IMG/VR virus record: IMGVR_UViG_3300042991_000632
Span: 27,036 to 91,035 of that record
Direction: 5' to 3' (one strand)
Length of the DNA stretch: 64,000 nucleotides
From: a virus
Lineage: Duplodnaviria > Heunggongvirae > Uroviricota > Caudoviricetes
How positions within the stretch are numbered: the stretch's first letter is position 1; each line of letters begins with the position of its first letter. Positions 53,932 to 62,982 of the stretch are shown piece after piece. The notes beneath the pieces are model-generated. The model was not told the DNA's origin and did not search any database. It worked only from the letters and a program-made list of their open reading frames with translations. A program made the position numbers and the translations under genes.

Positions 53932-54651
53932 ATGGTTAAAAATTGGGATTTGTTAACTAATATCACATTTAAGACACAGTGCTATCGTAAAAATTTCGAT
54001 ATGATAAGCACGAATGAGCATTTCATTACAGAATGTGATGGTGAAATTACATTAATGAGATTCGAACAGGAGAAGCCATTGCTTATTGTTGGTGAGTATG
54101 GATTTTCTATTTGGAATATCAAATTAGGTAATCAATTTAACGTTAATTTCAAGAATTTAATTGAAGAACATAATGAGGAAAACATATATCATGAGTTAAA
54201 TAATCTGATAAACAGAAAAAAGTTTGAACTTAATAGTTATAATAAAATAATTCTGGTGCATTCACTTGTGTTGCGTGCTGATTATCGAAAACAAGGCATA
54301 ACAGAAGAATTCACTGAGTTATTATATAGAGATTATTATAGTGATGGTGATGCAATCATAATGCTTGTTCTGCCATTTCAAAATAATCCAATCGATAAGG
54401 AATATTATATGCAAAGAAAAACTGTTCCGGTGAGACAAAATCTTAGTATTTATCAAAGTCCGTTGCAAATTTCTGCTGCTGAATATTACTCGCTTGATAC
54501 TTTAATTGGGAAAAATGATGATGAATTAAATGAATATAAGTTATTTTCGGTGGCATCAAAGTGCGGACTTAGCAGAATTGATGATTCACATTTGTTTTTA
54601 TTTTCACCGGAAAAAACAATTGAAAGAATGAATAAGAAATATAATAATTAA
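53932..54651 (+). CDS. hypothetical protein, weak GNAT-like motif
   Basis: VLRADYRKQGITEEF loosely resembles acetyltransferase motif A. Confidence 0.4.
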   Translation: MVKNWDLLTNITFKTQCYRKNFDMISTNEHFITECDGEITLMRFEQEKPLLIVGEYGFSIWNIKLGNQFNVNFKNLIEEHNEENIYHELNNLINRKKFELNSYNKIILVHSLVLRADYRKQGITEEFTELLYRDYYSDGDAIIMLVLPFQNNPIDKEYYMQRKTVPVRQNLSIYQSPLQISAAEYYSLDTLIGKNDDELNEYKLFSVASKCGLSRIDDSHLFLFSPEKTIERMNKKYNN

Positions 54652-54657
54652 CTTACC

Positions 54658-54912
54658 ATGAGCAGAAAAAAAATTCAACTTGATGAATTTCATTATCACG
54701 AAGCACTTGATAGATCATATCTTGTTGCCGATCTACTTGAAACTGCGCTTATTGAGCATGTTGTTATTAAAAAACATAGAAATCTAAAAACAAAACTCCA
54801 GAAAGCACAGGAACTTATCGTTGAGGTTTATCAGGAACTTGGTGGTTTATCAATAACACTCTTTACTGATCCCTCAGAACTACCTGATTTTATGAAAGAT
54901 AATAAGAAATAG
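54658..54912 (+). CDS. hypothetical protein (84 aa)
   Basis: co-oriented ORF. Confidence 0.4.
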   Translation: MSRKKIQLDEFHYHEALDRSYLVADLLETALIEHVVIKKHRNLKTKLQKAQELIVEVYQELGGLSITLFTDPSELPDFMKDNKK

Positions 54913-54918
54913 TCTTTT

Positions 54919-55152
54919 ATGTCAAAGAAAAGTATTTATATAAAATACCCTATGAGCATTATTAAAACAATATTGGCAAAGATACGACAAAAAATCCCTT
55001 CATGGAAGACCGATGTTGGTCGAAATTTAGATATTTCGATGCTCCCGATACCCAGAAATCAAAAAGTTTCTGGGCATTTTCGTTTAAATAACGAGAATTT
55101 CTTAATAAAATCAGTCGGTAATAGATTGATTATCAAATTAATAGAACAATAA
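54919..55152 (+). CDS. hypothetical protein (77 aa)
   Basis: co-oriented ORF. Confidence 0.35.
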   Translation: MSKKSIYIKYPMSIIKTILAKIRQKIPSWKTDVGRNLDISMLPIPRNQKVSGHFRLNNENFLIKSVGNRLIIKLIEQ

Positions 55153-55163
55153 AATTTAATATT

Positions 55164-55904
55164 ATGGAAAAATTTAAGTCATTATTAAGGATTTTCAGCA
55201 CTATTATAGCCGTTACGATAGTTTTCGGTTTATTGGGTTTAGTTGGGTCAACTAACTCAGTTGCAAGTGGTGAGAATAAAAGTTCCAGATTGGAATATGA
55301 AAACAATGAGTTGATGACGATGAATGACATTTATGGTGATTTCATGAATGAAATCTATCCCGTGATTATGGAAAAGAAAATTGATTTTAACAACATGTCA
55401 CCGGATTCAATTCGTAAGTACTTAGACCTCATATTGGACTTATATCCAGATGTTTCGCCAATTAAAACCATTGATTCAATTCGTATATCATCAAAATATG
55501 GTTGGAGAGTTAATCCGGTTACTGGTGTAAAACATATGCATACTGGCGTTGATATAAATATGGCATTAGGGACTGATATTCATTCAACAATGAGTGGTAA
55601 GGTGGTTGAGGTTGTTGCTGTAACAAAAAATGGTTATGGTAGATATATTGATGTTAAGAACTCACTTGGTTTCAGAACAAGGTATTCACATTTGAGTAAG
55701 GTGATGGTAAAAAAAGGTGATCAGATTACTAAAGGTCAGATAATTGGAACATTAGGAACATCCGGCAATGTAACAGGACCGAATCTTCATTATGAAATTT
55801 ATCAAAATGAAGAACTTAAAAATCCATTGGATTCATTGTTTATGTTAAAACAAAGTGTTAAATTGCTAACATTAAAAGATACAATATATGATAACATATA
55901 TTAA
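55164..55904 (+). CDS. M23-family (LytM-like) peptidase with N-terminal TM anchor
   Basis: HTGVDI, GYGRYIDV...YSHLS, GTSGNVTGPNLHYEI motifs. Confidence 0.7.
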   Translation: MEKFKSLLRIFSTIIAVTIVFGLLGLVGSTNSVASGENKSSRLEYENNELMTMNDIYGDFMNEIYPVIMEKKIDFNNMSPDSIRKYLDLILDLYPDVSPIKTIDSIRISSKYGWRVNPVTGVKHMHTGVDINMALGTDIHSTMSGKVVEVVAVTKNGYGRYIDVKNSLGFRTRYSHLSKVMVKKGDQITKGQIIGTLGTSGNVTGPNLHYEIYQNEELKNPLDSLFMLKQSVKLLTLKDTIYDNIY

Positions 55905-56178
55905 GGAAATTCATAATGAAGAATATTCTGACAATAGGCAATCACTTGGTGTGATCCTCAATTATTCGGATGACGACTGGAAGGAAAGTTTTATTTATAT
56001 TTTCACGCATCAGACTAAAATATATACATTCTTTGATACTATTGTTGACATGATCGATTATCTGGTTTCTCAAGATAAAAAGATCAAACGAGCCTATATG
56101 TACGAAGATGAATATGATCAATATTTTGATTCACCAATGGATGGCACGTTCCGTGAGAAATTAACTTGGGAATTATAG
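55888..56178 (+). CDS. hypothetical protein (96 aa)
   Basis: co-oriented ORF. Confidence 0.4.
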   Translation: MITYIKEIHNEEYSDNRQSLGVILNYSDDDWKESFIYIFTHQTKIYTFFDTIVDMIDYLVSQDKKIKRAYMYEDEYDQYFDSPMDGTFREKLTWEL

Positions 56179-56190
56179 TATTTATATGGG

Positions 56191-56382
56191 ATGATAAGTC
56201 CCGAACAAGATATTGCAATCAAAAATTTCTGGGATAACATGTCTCAGATAGATAAACTCAATTTATTGTTAGAAAACAACTTTTGGGAAGGTTTTAGCGT
56301 ATATCGTTATGATTACATACCGGAAGACCTTAAAGAGATTTTAATGCGTAAAATGAAGGTAAATGAGGCAAATTCGCCATAA
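56191..56382 (+). CDS. hypothetical protein (63 aa)
   Basis: co-oriented ORF. Confidence 0.35.
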   Translation: MISPEQDIAIKNFWDNMSQIDKLNLLLENNFWEGFSVYRYDYIPEDLKEILMRKMKVNEANSP

Positions 56383-57324
56383 TTAGAACTTCTTGCTTAT
56401 CGGATTGAATATTTCGATGCGATTTGCATCAAATGCTGTATTATAACCCTCTTCCCACCAAGCAGACATTTCTTTCTGATTAAAAATCATACAATTGGCA
56501 CTTAATTTTCTCGGAAGCCAATATACAGTTACTTTTGCGCCATATTTATTTAATTTCTTAATCCTTTCGTAGAAATATTCGAATTCAATATCGTAACGCA
56601 TAGCATTAATGCTTGTGGTGACATTTTCCATGAGGTTATCAATTCTATTGCCCTCATATGTTTCAGCAGGTTTACTTCTATGTAAGATAATATCAATTTC
56701 TTTATAACCTTTCATCATTAACTGGTCAATACCAATCAATGCGGTTATGCCACCATCACTCCAATTGCCAACATGAAAACTGCCAGTTTCATTGTTCCAA
56801 CTTTTCTTAACCAATGATGTGAAAAAGGGGAAATTGGCACTGCACCACATCCAATCTTTAAAATCTTCATATTCTTCATCAACAGAACTGAAATAATGAA
56901 TCTTTGATGGAGTTTCAAGATAATTTTGTGTACCAACCAGAATTTCTTTATTCTGTTTACGTAACTCATTAAAATATTCCTCTGGAAAAAATTTGTCAAT
57001 TGTATTTCTTAATGCATTTGATGTGAATATGCTTTTTTGACCCATTAATAACGTCATTACAATAGGTATCTTTCTTAATTTACCTCTTTTTGATAATGGT
57101 TTTCCTTTATACCAGCATTTATCGAACACATTATCATCCGTAACTGTCGTATAACCCTCTCTAAGTAATTCCCATTCTTTCAGTGCTGCCAATGGTGCTA
57201 ATAGACTTCCAGTTGAAACACCAACAATAACATCGTAGTCAGCATTTATTCTCGCAAGCGTACCGCCACCGAATGCACCCTAACTGCCACCGCCTGAAAT
57301 AAGTGCTGCTCGTTTACTGTTCAT
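56383..57324 (-). pseudogene. patatin-like phospholipase interrupted by in-frame TAG at codon 15 (57280-57282)
   Basis: minus-strand MNSKRAALISGGGS*GAFGGG...VIVGVSTGSLLAP (GGGx[R/K]G oxyanion motif with stop at the R/K position; GxSxG; later SDGGITAL DGG motif); ORF track only reports the portion after the stop. Confidence 0.6.
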
Positions 57325-57339
57325 AATATCATAATATTT

Positions 57340-58422
57340 TTAAGCACCGCATGTATATGCCTCAATAAAATAACTACCACCAGCACAAAAACATGGCGAT
57401 GATTGACACGAATATATGCACGACAAATAAACTGAAGTACATGCTTGTACATTCATACCACTTGAATCTGTTTGTGCATATACTAACACACAAATAGTAT
57501 CATTATAATCGAGAGCACCAATACAGATAGAACCATATTGATTTACATTTCCACCACTTGAATAACAAGAACATCCACATTTACAAACAGTGTTGCACAA
57601 TATACACCAATACAAATTTCCAGCATCACCCGTAATATCCCCAATATAATAACTCCAATTAAAACAGGCATAATAACTACCACTCACTGGATTAGAACTT
57701 CTACATAAAAGTCCACAAGCATATTGATAATAATCGCTTGACTGTGGGTCAGGATTACAACCAGTATAACACATGTTCATATCAACAGGTGCTTCGTTCT
57801 GACAAAATGTAATTGTTCTCATTGTACCCACAGTTGGTATATAACACGCTGTTCCCTGTCTCGCAACACCCGTATTTGCATCAATACAAACAAGATGTGC
57901 CCGACCCGGAGTTGCACAAGGAGAAACGGGTGTTGTGGCATGAATCCAAGTGCATGATGTTGAAAATGATGTGTTGTTTGAAGTAGGTCCGCACACGTAT
58001 TCATAAACATTTGCACCACCACTATTAATATTTGTTTGTGCAGAAGGCGTGACATATATATTAGTATCACCAGTCGATTGACAAATTGTTACACATTTCA
58101 TTGTGCCACCCAAACTTGGTGTGTAACAAACAACTCCGCTTCTACATGAAGAAGTTATATTTTCGCAAATCTGAATATTATTTACCGTACCCGGTGAACT
58201 TGATGGTGTTACTGGCGTAGTGGTTACAAGCCAAGTACAGGCATCAGCAACTACTACACTATTATTATTGCTTCCACACACGTTTACCGAACATGTCGCT
58301 CCAAGATATGAAACACTTGTTATTAAACTTGGAGTAACATAAATCTCAATATCTGGCGGACCGGCACTAATCGTGTTATTACCAATTCTAATAATATTAC
58401 CACCAACACTTAATAATCCCAT
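57340..58422 (-). CDS. Cys-rich fibre/receptor-binding-like protein with internal tandem ~95-aa repeat
   Basis: two repeat units both beginning IYVTPS... and sharing CTW..TTPV..., GTM..T.CQ landmarks; 15% Cys/Gly/Ser/Thr-rich. Confidence 0.5.
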   Translation of the reverse strand: MGLLSVGGNIIRIGNNTISAGPPDIEIYVTPSLITSVSYLGATCSVNVCGSNNNSVVVADACTWLVTTTPVTPSSSPGTVNNIQICENITSSCRSGVVCYTPSLGGTMKCVTICQSTGDTNIYVTPSAQTNINSGGANVYEYVCGPTSNNTSFSTSCTWIHATTPVSPCATPGRAHLVCIDANTGVARQGTACYIPTVGTMRTITFCQNEAPVDMNMCYTGCNPDPQSSDYYQYACGLLCRSSNPVSGSYYACFNWSYYIGDITGDAGNLYWCILCNTVCKCGCSCYSSGGNVNQYGSICIGALDYNDTICVLVYAQTDSSGMNVQACTSVYLSCIYSCQSSPCFCAGGSYFIEAYTCGA

Positions 58423-58423
58423 G

Positions 58424-60190
58424 TTAAATACCTTTTAAAATATTAATTTCATTCTGTAAACAACAAATTTGCACTTGTTGTTCTTTTATTGCTTCAACAA
58501 GAACCGCAGTTAAATTACCATAATTTATTCCATATGTGTCACCAGTAATTCCATGTTTAATCTCATTTTCACTTGCTGGTGAACATCCAACAATTTCTGG
58601 TAATATTGGTAAAACATCCTGTGCAATAAGACCAACACTATATCTATCATCTTCAAGTACACCCTCATTAAGTTGACACATAATGAAGCATACTCCATTT
58701 AATTGAGTTATCATAGATAGTGCATTTGATATTGGTTGAATATTCTTTTTACATCTACAATCTGAAGTCGAATTCCATACCGCTGCTCTACCACAACCAG
58801 TCACAAGACAAATTGCAACACAGGCTGCTCCAGATTGAGTACCGTTCATACAACAAAATGTTGCAGCAGGAAAATAAATACCTTCATTAGTTGTACATAA
58901 TTTAAGTGTTACGAAACTATATAATGCAACACAACCACAAGTTGTAGTACCACAACCACCAAATATACAAACACTACCGCCATTTCTTGAAACTGCAGTA
59001 CTCCAAGTATTAGCATTACCACCACATATATAAAGATTACCACCGCATGCATATCCACAACCACATCCAAAACCACCTTGAAGATACACACAACCACCAA
59101 CACCAGACCAAGTTGTTGGATAACAATTTATACCAATTCCCCCGCATAAATATAGATTACCACCATACGCTGGACTTGCACTTGCGGTTTGACATGCATT
59201 TCCCCCCGCAACATATACAGCACCAGCTTGTTGTGTTGAAGTATAACCAGAACCTAAACTACCTGTGATACTAAGTCCGGGAGGTGAAGCAGTATAATAA
59301 TTACACATTTTAATAGACTTAGCAGCATCTGAACATAACATCAAACAATTACTTTTTACTGTCATAACTTCAGAAGCAGTTTGATTAATAGTAGAACCAG
59401 AAATAGTTGTTCCATTATAATAAAGTAAATCACCAGTACTTAAATTAGTACTAATATCAACAGTAGCACCAGATACAATGCAATTACCAGAATTCACATA
59501 CATAACCTGATTATCTGCAGTTTGTTTTGCAGGAACGCAACATATTTTAACTGAAGTTGAAGTAGTTTCTAATTTAACATTACCATTATATGCTAAATAA
59601 ACTGCACCACGTGGTCTTGCATCAATTGATATTTGGTCAGATGTTCTAACCATAAATCTACCATCAGTACTACCGCTTGATGACAATCCGGGATAAATCT
59701 GAATGTCACCACCAGAAGTACTACCACTACCACCACAAAGCCAAATAACACCACCAAAACTACTACCACAGCCACCTTTTAAATGAAGACAACCACCTTG
59801 ACTACCACCCGTTTGTGCATTAATACATAATGCACCGCTTCCACTTCCCGCATGAATTATACATCTATGAGTACCTGATGCAAAACTCAATACACTACCA
59901 TCAAAAGTTAAATTAGGTTCACTGCAAATTGTTCCTGAACTACTATATGTGCCAATGCCATTATTTGTTGAACCAGTCCAAGCAAGTCCACCACCACCAG
60001 AAGGGGTACACCAATGACCATAACCACTCGCATCTGAAGTTAAGACACATCCTGCAGTTGCACCAGATGTTAGTTGAATAACTGGAGTTTTAACATTTGT
60101 TGTTGCACAAACAATTGGTGAAATAACACATGTGCTACCTGAAATAATTTTATCCGTACTTATTGAACTAAGAATTTTTATCTTACCCAT
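58424..60190 (-). CDS. tail fibre/tailspike-like protein with C-terminal intramolecular chaperone (peptidase S74-like) domain
   Basis: C-terminal KKNIQPISNALSMITQLNGVCF...VGLIAQDVLPILPEIV...YGINYGNLTAVLVEAIKEQQVQI matches the S74 auto-processing chaperone signature; Gly/Ser/Cys-rich body. Confidence 0.65.
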   Translation of the reverse strand: MGKIKILSSISTDKIISGSTCVISPIVCATTNVKTPVIQLTSGATAGCVLTSDASGYGHWCTPSGGGGLAWTGSTNNGIGTYSSSGTICSEPNLTFDGSVLSFASGTHRCIIHAGSGSGALCINAQTGGSQGGCLHLKGGCGSSFGGVIWLCGGSGSTSGGDIQIYPGLSSSGSTDGRFMVRTSDQISIDARPRGAVYLAYNGNVKLETTSTSVKICCVPAKQTADNQVMYVNSGNCIVSGATVDISTNLSTGDLLYYNGTTISGSTINQTASEVMTVKSNCLMLCSDAAKSIKMCNYYTASPPGLSITGSLGSGYTSTQQAGAVYVAGGNACQTASASPAYGGNLYLCGGIGINCYPTTWSGVGGCVYLQGGFGCGCGYACGGNLYICGGNANTWSTAVSRNGGSVCIFGGCGTTTCGCVALYSFVTLKLCTTNEGIYFPAATFCCMNGTQSGAACVAICLVTGCGRAAVWNSTSDCRCKKNIQPISNALSMITQLNGVCFIMCQLNEGVLEDDRYSVGLIAQDVLPILPEIVGCSPASENEIKHGITGDTYGINYGNLTAVLVEAIKEQQVQICCLQNEINILKGI

Positions 60191-60213
60191 ATCGATTGTA
60201 TTTTATATAAATA

Positions 60214-60249
60214 CAAAAAAATGGAGTAAATTTCTAAGAATTACTCCAT
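60214..60249 (-). terminator. rho-independent terminator (minus strand)
   Basis: ATGGAGTAAATTTCTAAGAATTACTCCAT hairpin preceded by A7 on plus strand. Confidence 0.55.
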
Positions 60250-60277
60250 TTAGGTTAATTATATAAAATGTTGGATA

Positions 60278-61081
60278 TTAAAGCAGTCTTAGTTCATTCA
60301 TTAGTTGAATAACAAGATTTGTTTGTGTTGCGGACTGCAATGAAATAAATTCAAGAGTTTCCTCTGGTTTGCTTTTAATGTTTTCCCAATAATATTTAGA
60401 TAGTTCATTATGTGGCAACAGATCAGTGGTTTTCTTTAAACCCATAAAATCAGCAATTAACATTAATGTTGTATATTCAAATCCATTGAACTTCCAAACG
60501 TTTACAGTATCAATAATGCCGGATTCCCAAGGCTTAATATTTAAGGCTCTCTTGAGAATATATGGTAATTGTTTGTTTGTTTCAAATTTATCACGATTTG
60601 CAATAAATCTCTTTATGATAAATGGTATGTCATAACCAATTATGTTATGACCGCAAAGGATTGGAAATTCTTGTGGACTTGACTTGACACTATCGCTTGA
60701 CATCTGATGAAGAACATCAATAAATGAAGCAAGCACAATAAATTCATTATCGTTCACAATTTTCTTAAAGAATCTTTTCACAATACCCTTTTCAACATAT
60801 ACTGTTGCATAGGTTATTGCAATGATTTTGCAAAATTCCGGGTAATAAGTTGCGTTTTCTTCATATTTTTTCTGGCTATATTCGGTCATGTCTACCATTT
60901 GCCCCGCAGGAATGTTTAAATACTTAGTTTCAAGTAGATAATTCCAACGATCATACATTGGTTTGTTCTTCTCTTCAAGTTCTTTAATTGTTTGGTGGAT
61001 CAATACCGCTTTAATATTAAAGAAGAACATTTCATAGATAGTAGCCTTGTTGAACACATCTTCGAATAGTTGTTTTGCCAT
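60278..61081 (-). CDS. RNase-H-fold protein resembling PolB-type 3'-5' exonuclease (Exo I acidic residues not evident)
   Basis: LCGHNIIGYDIPFI (Exo II-like) and IADFMGL (Exo III-like) but no clear D-x-E upstream. Confidence 0.35.
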   Translation of the reverse strand: MAKQLFEDVFNKATIYEMFFFNIKAVLIHQTIKELEEKNKPMYDRWNYLLETKYLNIPAGQMVDMTEYSQKKYEENATYYPEFCKIIAITYATVYVEKGIVKRFFKKIVNDNEFIVLASFIDVLHQMSSDSVKSSPQEFPILCGHNIIGYDIPFIIKRFIANRDKFETNKQLPYILKRALNIKPWESGIIDTVNVWKFNGFEYTTLMLIADFMGLKKTTDLLPHNELSKYYWENIKSKPEETLEFISLQSATQTNLVIQLMNELRLL

Positions 61082-61129
61082 TGTGTATATTTTTAATTGT
61101 TGATTGGTACTACAAAGATAACATTAATT

Positions 61130-61480
61130 TTATAAATTAAAAATAAATCGAAAAAATTTTACAATAATTGGTCTTTTTTGTTCTTTGATCTCATCATAGA
61201 TGTCTTGCACATCATTAAAACTATAACCAATTAGTTCTTCTTCATCGTATTTACCATTACAGTTCTTTAAGATATATGGAATCATTTTCTTAACTATCTG
61301 TAGTTTTTCTTTGTTCTTCCTGTCAATTTCATTTAGTAATTGCTGACCGATTTCTTCAATTTCGTTAGCAATATGGTTTTTTTTTCTTTTGGTATCATCA
61401 TTAAGATGCTCAGAAAATTTCAGATAGTCTTCATTATCATCATCAGAATCGATAGATAATATATTCTTGTCTGGCGACAT
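61130..61480 (-). CDS. hypothetical protein (116 aa)
   Basis: co-oriented ORF. Confidence 0.4.
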   Translation of the reverse strand: MSPDKNILSIDSDDDNEDYLKFSEHLNDDTKRKKNHIANEIEEIGQQLLNEIDRKNKEKLQIVKKMIPYILKNCNGKYDEEELIGYSFNDVQDIYDEIKEQKRPIIVKFFRFIFNL

Positions 61481-61485
61481 TTAGT

Positions 61486-61980
61486 TTATTCTGTTGTGTG
61501 AATAGTAGTTTCTTCTGTTGTACCGTCTTCTTTTTTGGGTCTTCCGACCTTTTTCTTTTCTTCTTTTTGTGATTGTAGTGTTTTTACAAATTCCTCACTG
61601 TTTTTCTTAAATGAATTTTCTTTCAATTCATCAAGTTCTTCATAAAACTTTTTGGCTTTTTCTTCTAACATTTTTTTCATTTCAGCCATTTCACCGCCAA
61701 ATTCTTGTTCCTTCTTTGCTATTTTTTCGTTTGTTTCGATTACTATCTCAACGAACAAAACTAAATCATCGATAACAACATTGGGGTTTTTCGGTGATAT
61801 TTTAATTAATTTACCAACTTCGTTTTCTGTTAGAACCTCACATTTGATCTCATCATTATCATTGAAAATCCATGTTTTTGGTAAACCAATCTCAAGTTCC
61901 CACCAACCCTCAACGGTATTACGGATAAACGATGTTATATATCCGTCAGTTGGTTGTAATGCTGCTTCGATTACTTTCAT
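61486..61980 (-). CDS. hypothetical protein with Lys/Glu-rich C-terminus (164 aa)
   Basis: co-oriented ORF. Confidence 0.45.
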   Translation of the reverse strand: MKVIEAALQPTDGYITSFIRNTVEGWWELEIGLPKTWIFNDNDEIKCEVLTENEVGKLIKISPKNPNVVIDDLVLFVEIVIETNEKIAKKEQEFGGEMAEMKKMLEEKAKKFYEELDELKENSFKKNSEEFVKTLQSQKEEKKKVGRPKKEDGTTEETTIHTTE

Positions 61981-62174
61981 TTAATTAAGTATGAAAAAAA
62001 TATCCCTAATGATAATAACAATAAAATTTTTTCAACAGTGGTTAAAACAAATCGTGTTTCTGCTGATAATCTAAATCTTCCATACATTTTTATGATCAAA
62101 TCACCAAGGATATAGACCATAAAAATGATGGAAGATATAAATAAAAACTGATATATTTCAGTTAAAATTGTCAT
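61977..62174 (-). CDS. small 2-TM membrane protein (possible holin)
   Basis: two hydrophobic helices, 65 aa, located ~1 kb from endolysin gene; weak. Confidence 0.3.
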   Translation of the reverse strand: MTILTEIYQFLFISSIIFMVYILGDLIIKMYGRFRLSAETRFVLTTVEKILLLLSLGIFFSYLIK

Positions 62175-62177
62175 TTA

Positions 62178-62522
62178 TTACTCTCCGTGTGTCTGTCCTT
62201 GATGAACTTTACCTTGTGGCTGTTGCTGAACTGGTACTCCATCAGGTGCTGGCATTTGCATTGGCTGTTGCTGTGCTGGTTCTTGGAAATATTGTTCAAC
62301 CAATCCCATCTGAGCATTTGTCATTGCAAGATTTGCAAGTCTGAAAGACATTGCGTCAATTTTTTCTTTGTAATTTGTGTTGGGGTCTTGTGCAAGACGT
62401 ACTAATTCAAGTTCTTCATAATACTTGTCATTTCTTAATTTGTTTAAGAGATCAAGTTTTAAATTTGCCATAATTTTCCTAATTTTTAATAATATTATTT
62501 TTTGTGCTCGTAAAAATAGCAA
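62178..62522 (-). CDS. hypothetical protein (114 aa)
   Basis: co-oriented ORF. Confidence 0.4.
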   Translation of the reverse strand: MLFLRAQKIILLKIRKIMANLKLDLLNKLRNDKYYEELELVRLAQDPNTNYKEKIDAMSFRLANLAMTNAQMGLVEQYFQEPAQQQPMQMPAPDGVPVQQQPQGKVHQGQTHGE

Positions 62523-62547
62523 TAATAAATACGATATGCAAGGATTT

Positions 62548-62982
62548 TTATACGATTTCCAAGATATTTTTCTCCTGATTTATAGACTTATCGTATATGT
62601 TGTAGATTTCAACAAGAATATTAATGAGATTTTTATTTTTTTGTCTATCTATTTCAAAAATGCTTCTCCAAAATTTTTCAAAATATTCTAAAGACGTATC
62701 CTGATTGGGATTATTCTTTGCTTTATAAAATTGATGATAATAATATGCATGGAAGTACTCTTTCAACTCATCGTTTTTCGAAAAATCAATACCTTCTTTT
62801 TGGAACTCATCACATACTTTTTTAAAACACCATACAAAGTGGTTATGAATATCCTGATCTTCATGAATACTTTCATAGTCAATATAGTAATTGATAATGT
62901 AATACATAAGATTCATTGTAAAATCTTTATATATTTCAACACGATCCTTTACTATAATATATTTTTGACCAGTACTTCCCAT
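62548..62982 (-). CDS. hypothetical protein (144 aa)
   Basis: co-oriented ORF. Confidence 0.4.
   Translation of the reverse strand: MGSTGQKYIIVKDRVEIYKDFTMNLMYYIINYYIDYESIHEDQDIHNHFVWCFKKVCDEFQKEGIDFSKNDELKEYFHAYYYHQFYKAKNNPNQDTSLEYFEKFWRSIFEIDRQKNKNLINILVEIYNIYDKSINQEKNILEIV

Noticed and set aside
56383-57324. Genome-wide TAG (or TGA) stop-codon reassignment as in crAss-like/Lak phages
   Set aside because: Only one recognisable gene (patatin) carries an in-frame TAG. All other domain-containing genes are uninterrupted and no suppressor tRNA(CUA) was found in this window. Kept only as a local possibility.
60278-61081. Confident call of 60278..61081 as an active PolB-type 3'-5' exonuclease
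   Set aside because: Exo II/III-like segments are present but no Exo I D-x-E could be found. Downgraded to exonuclease-like fold, possibly inactive.
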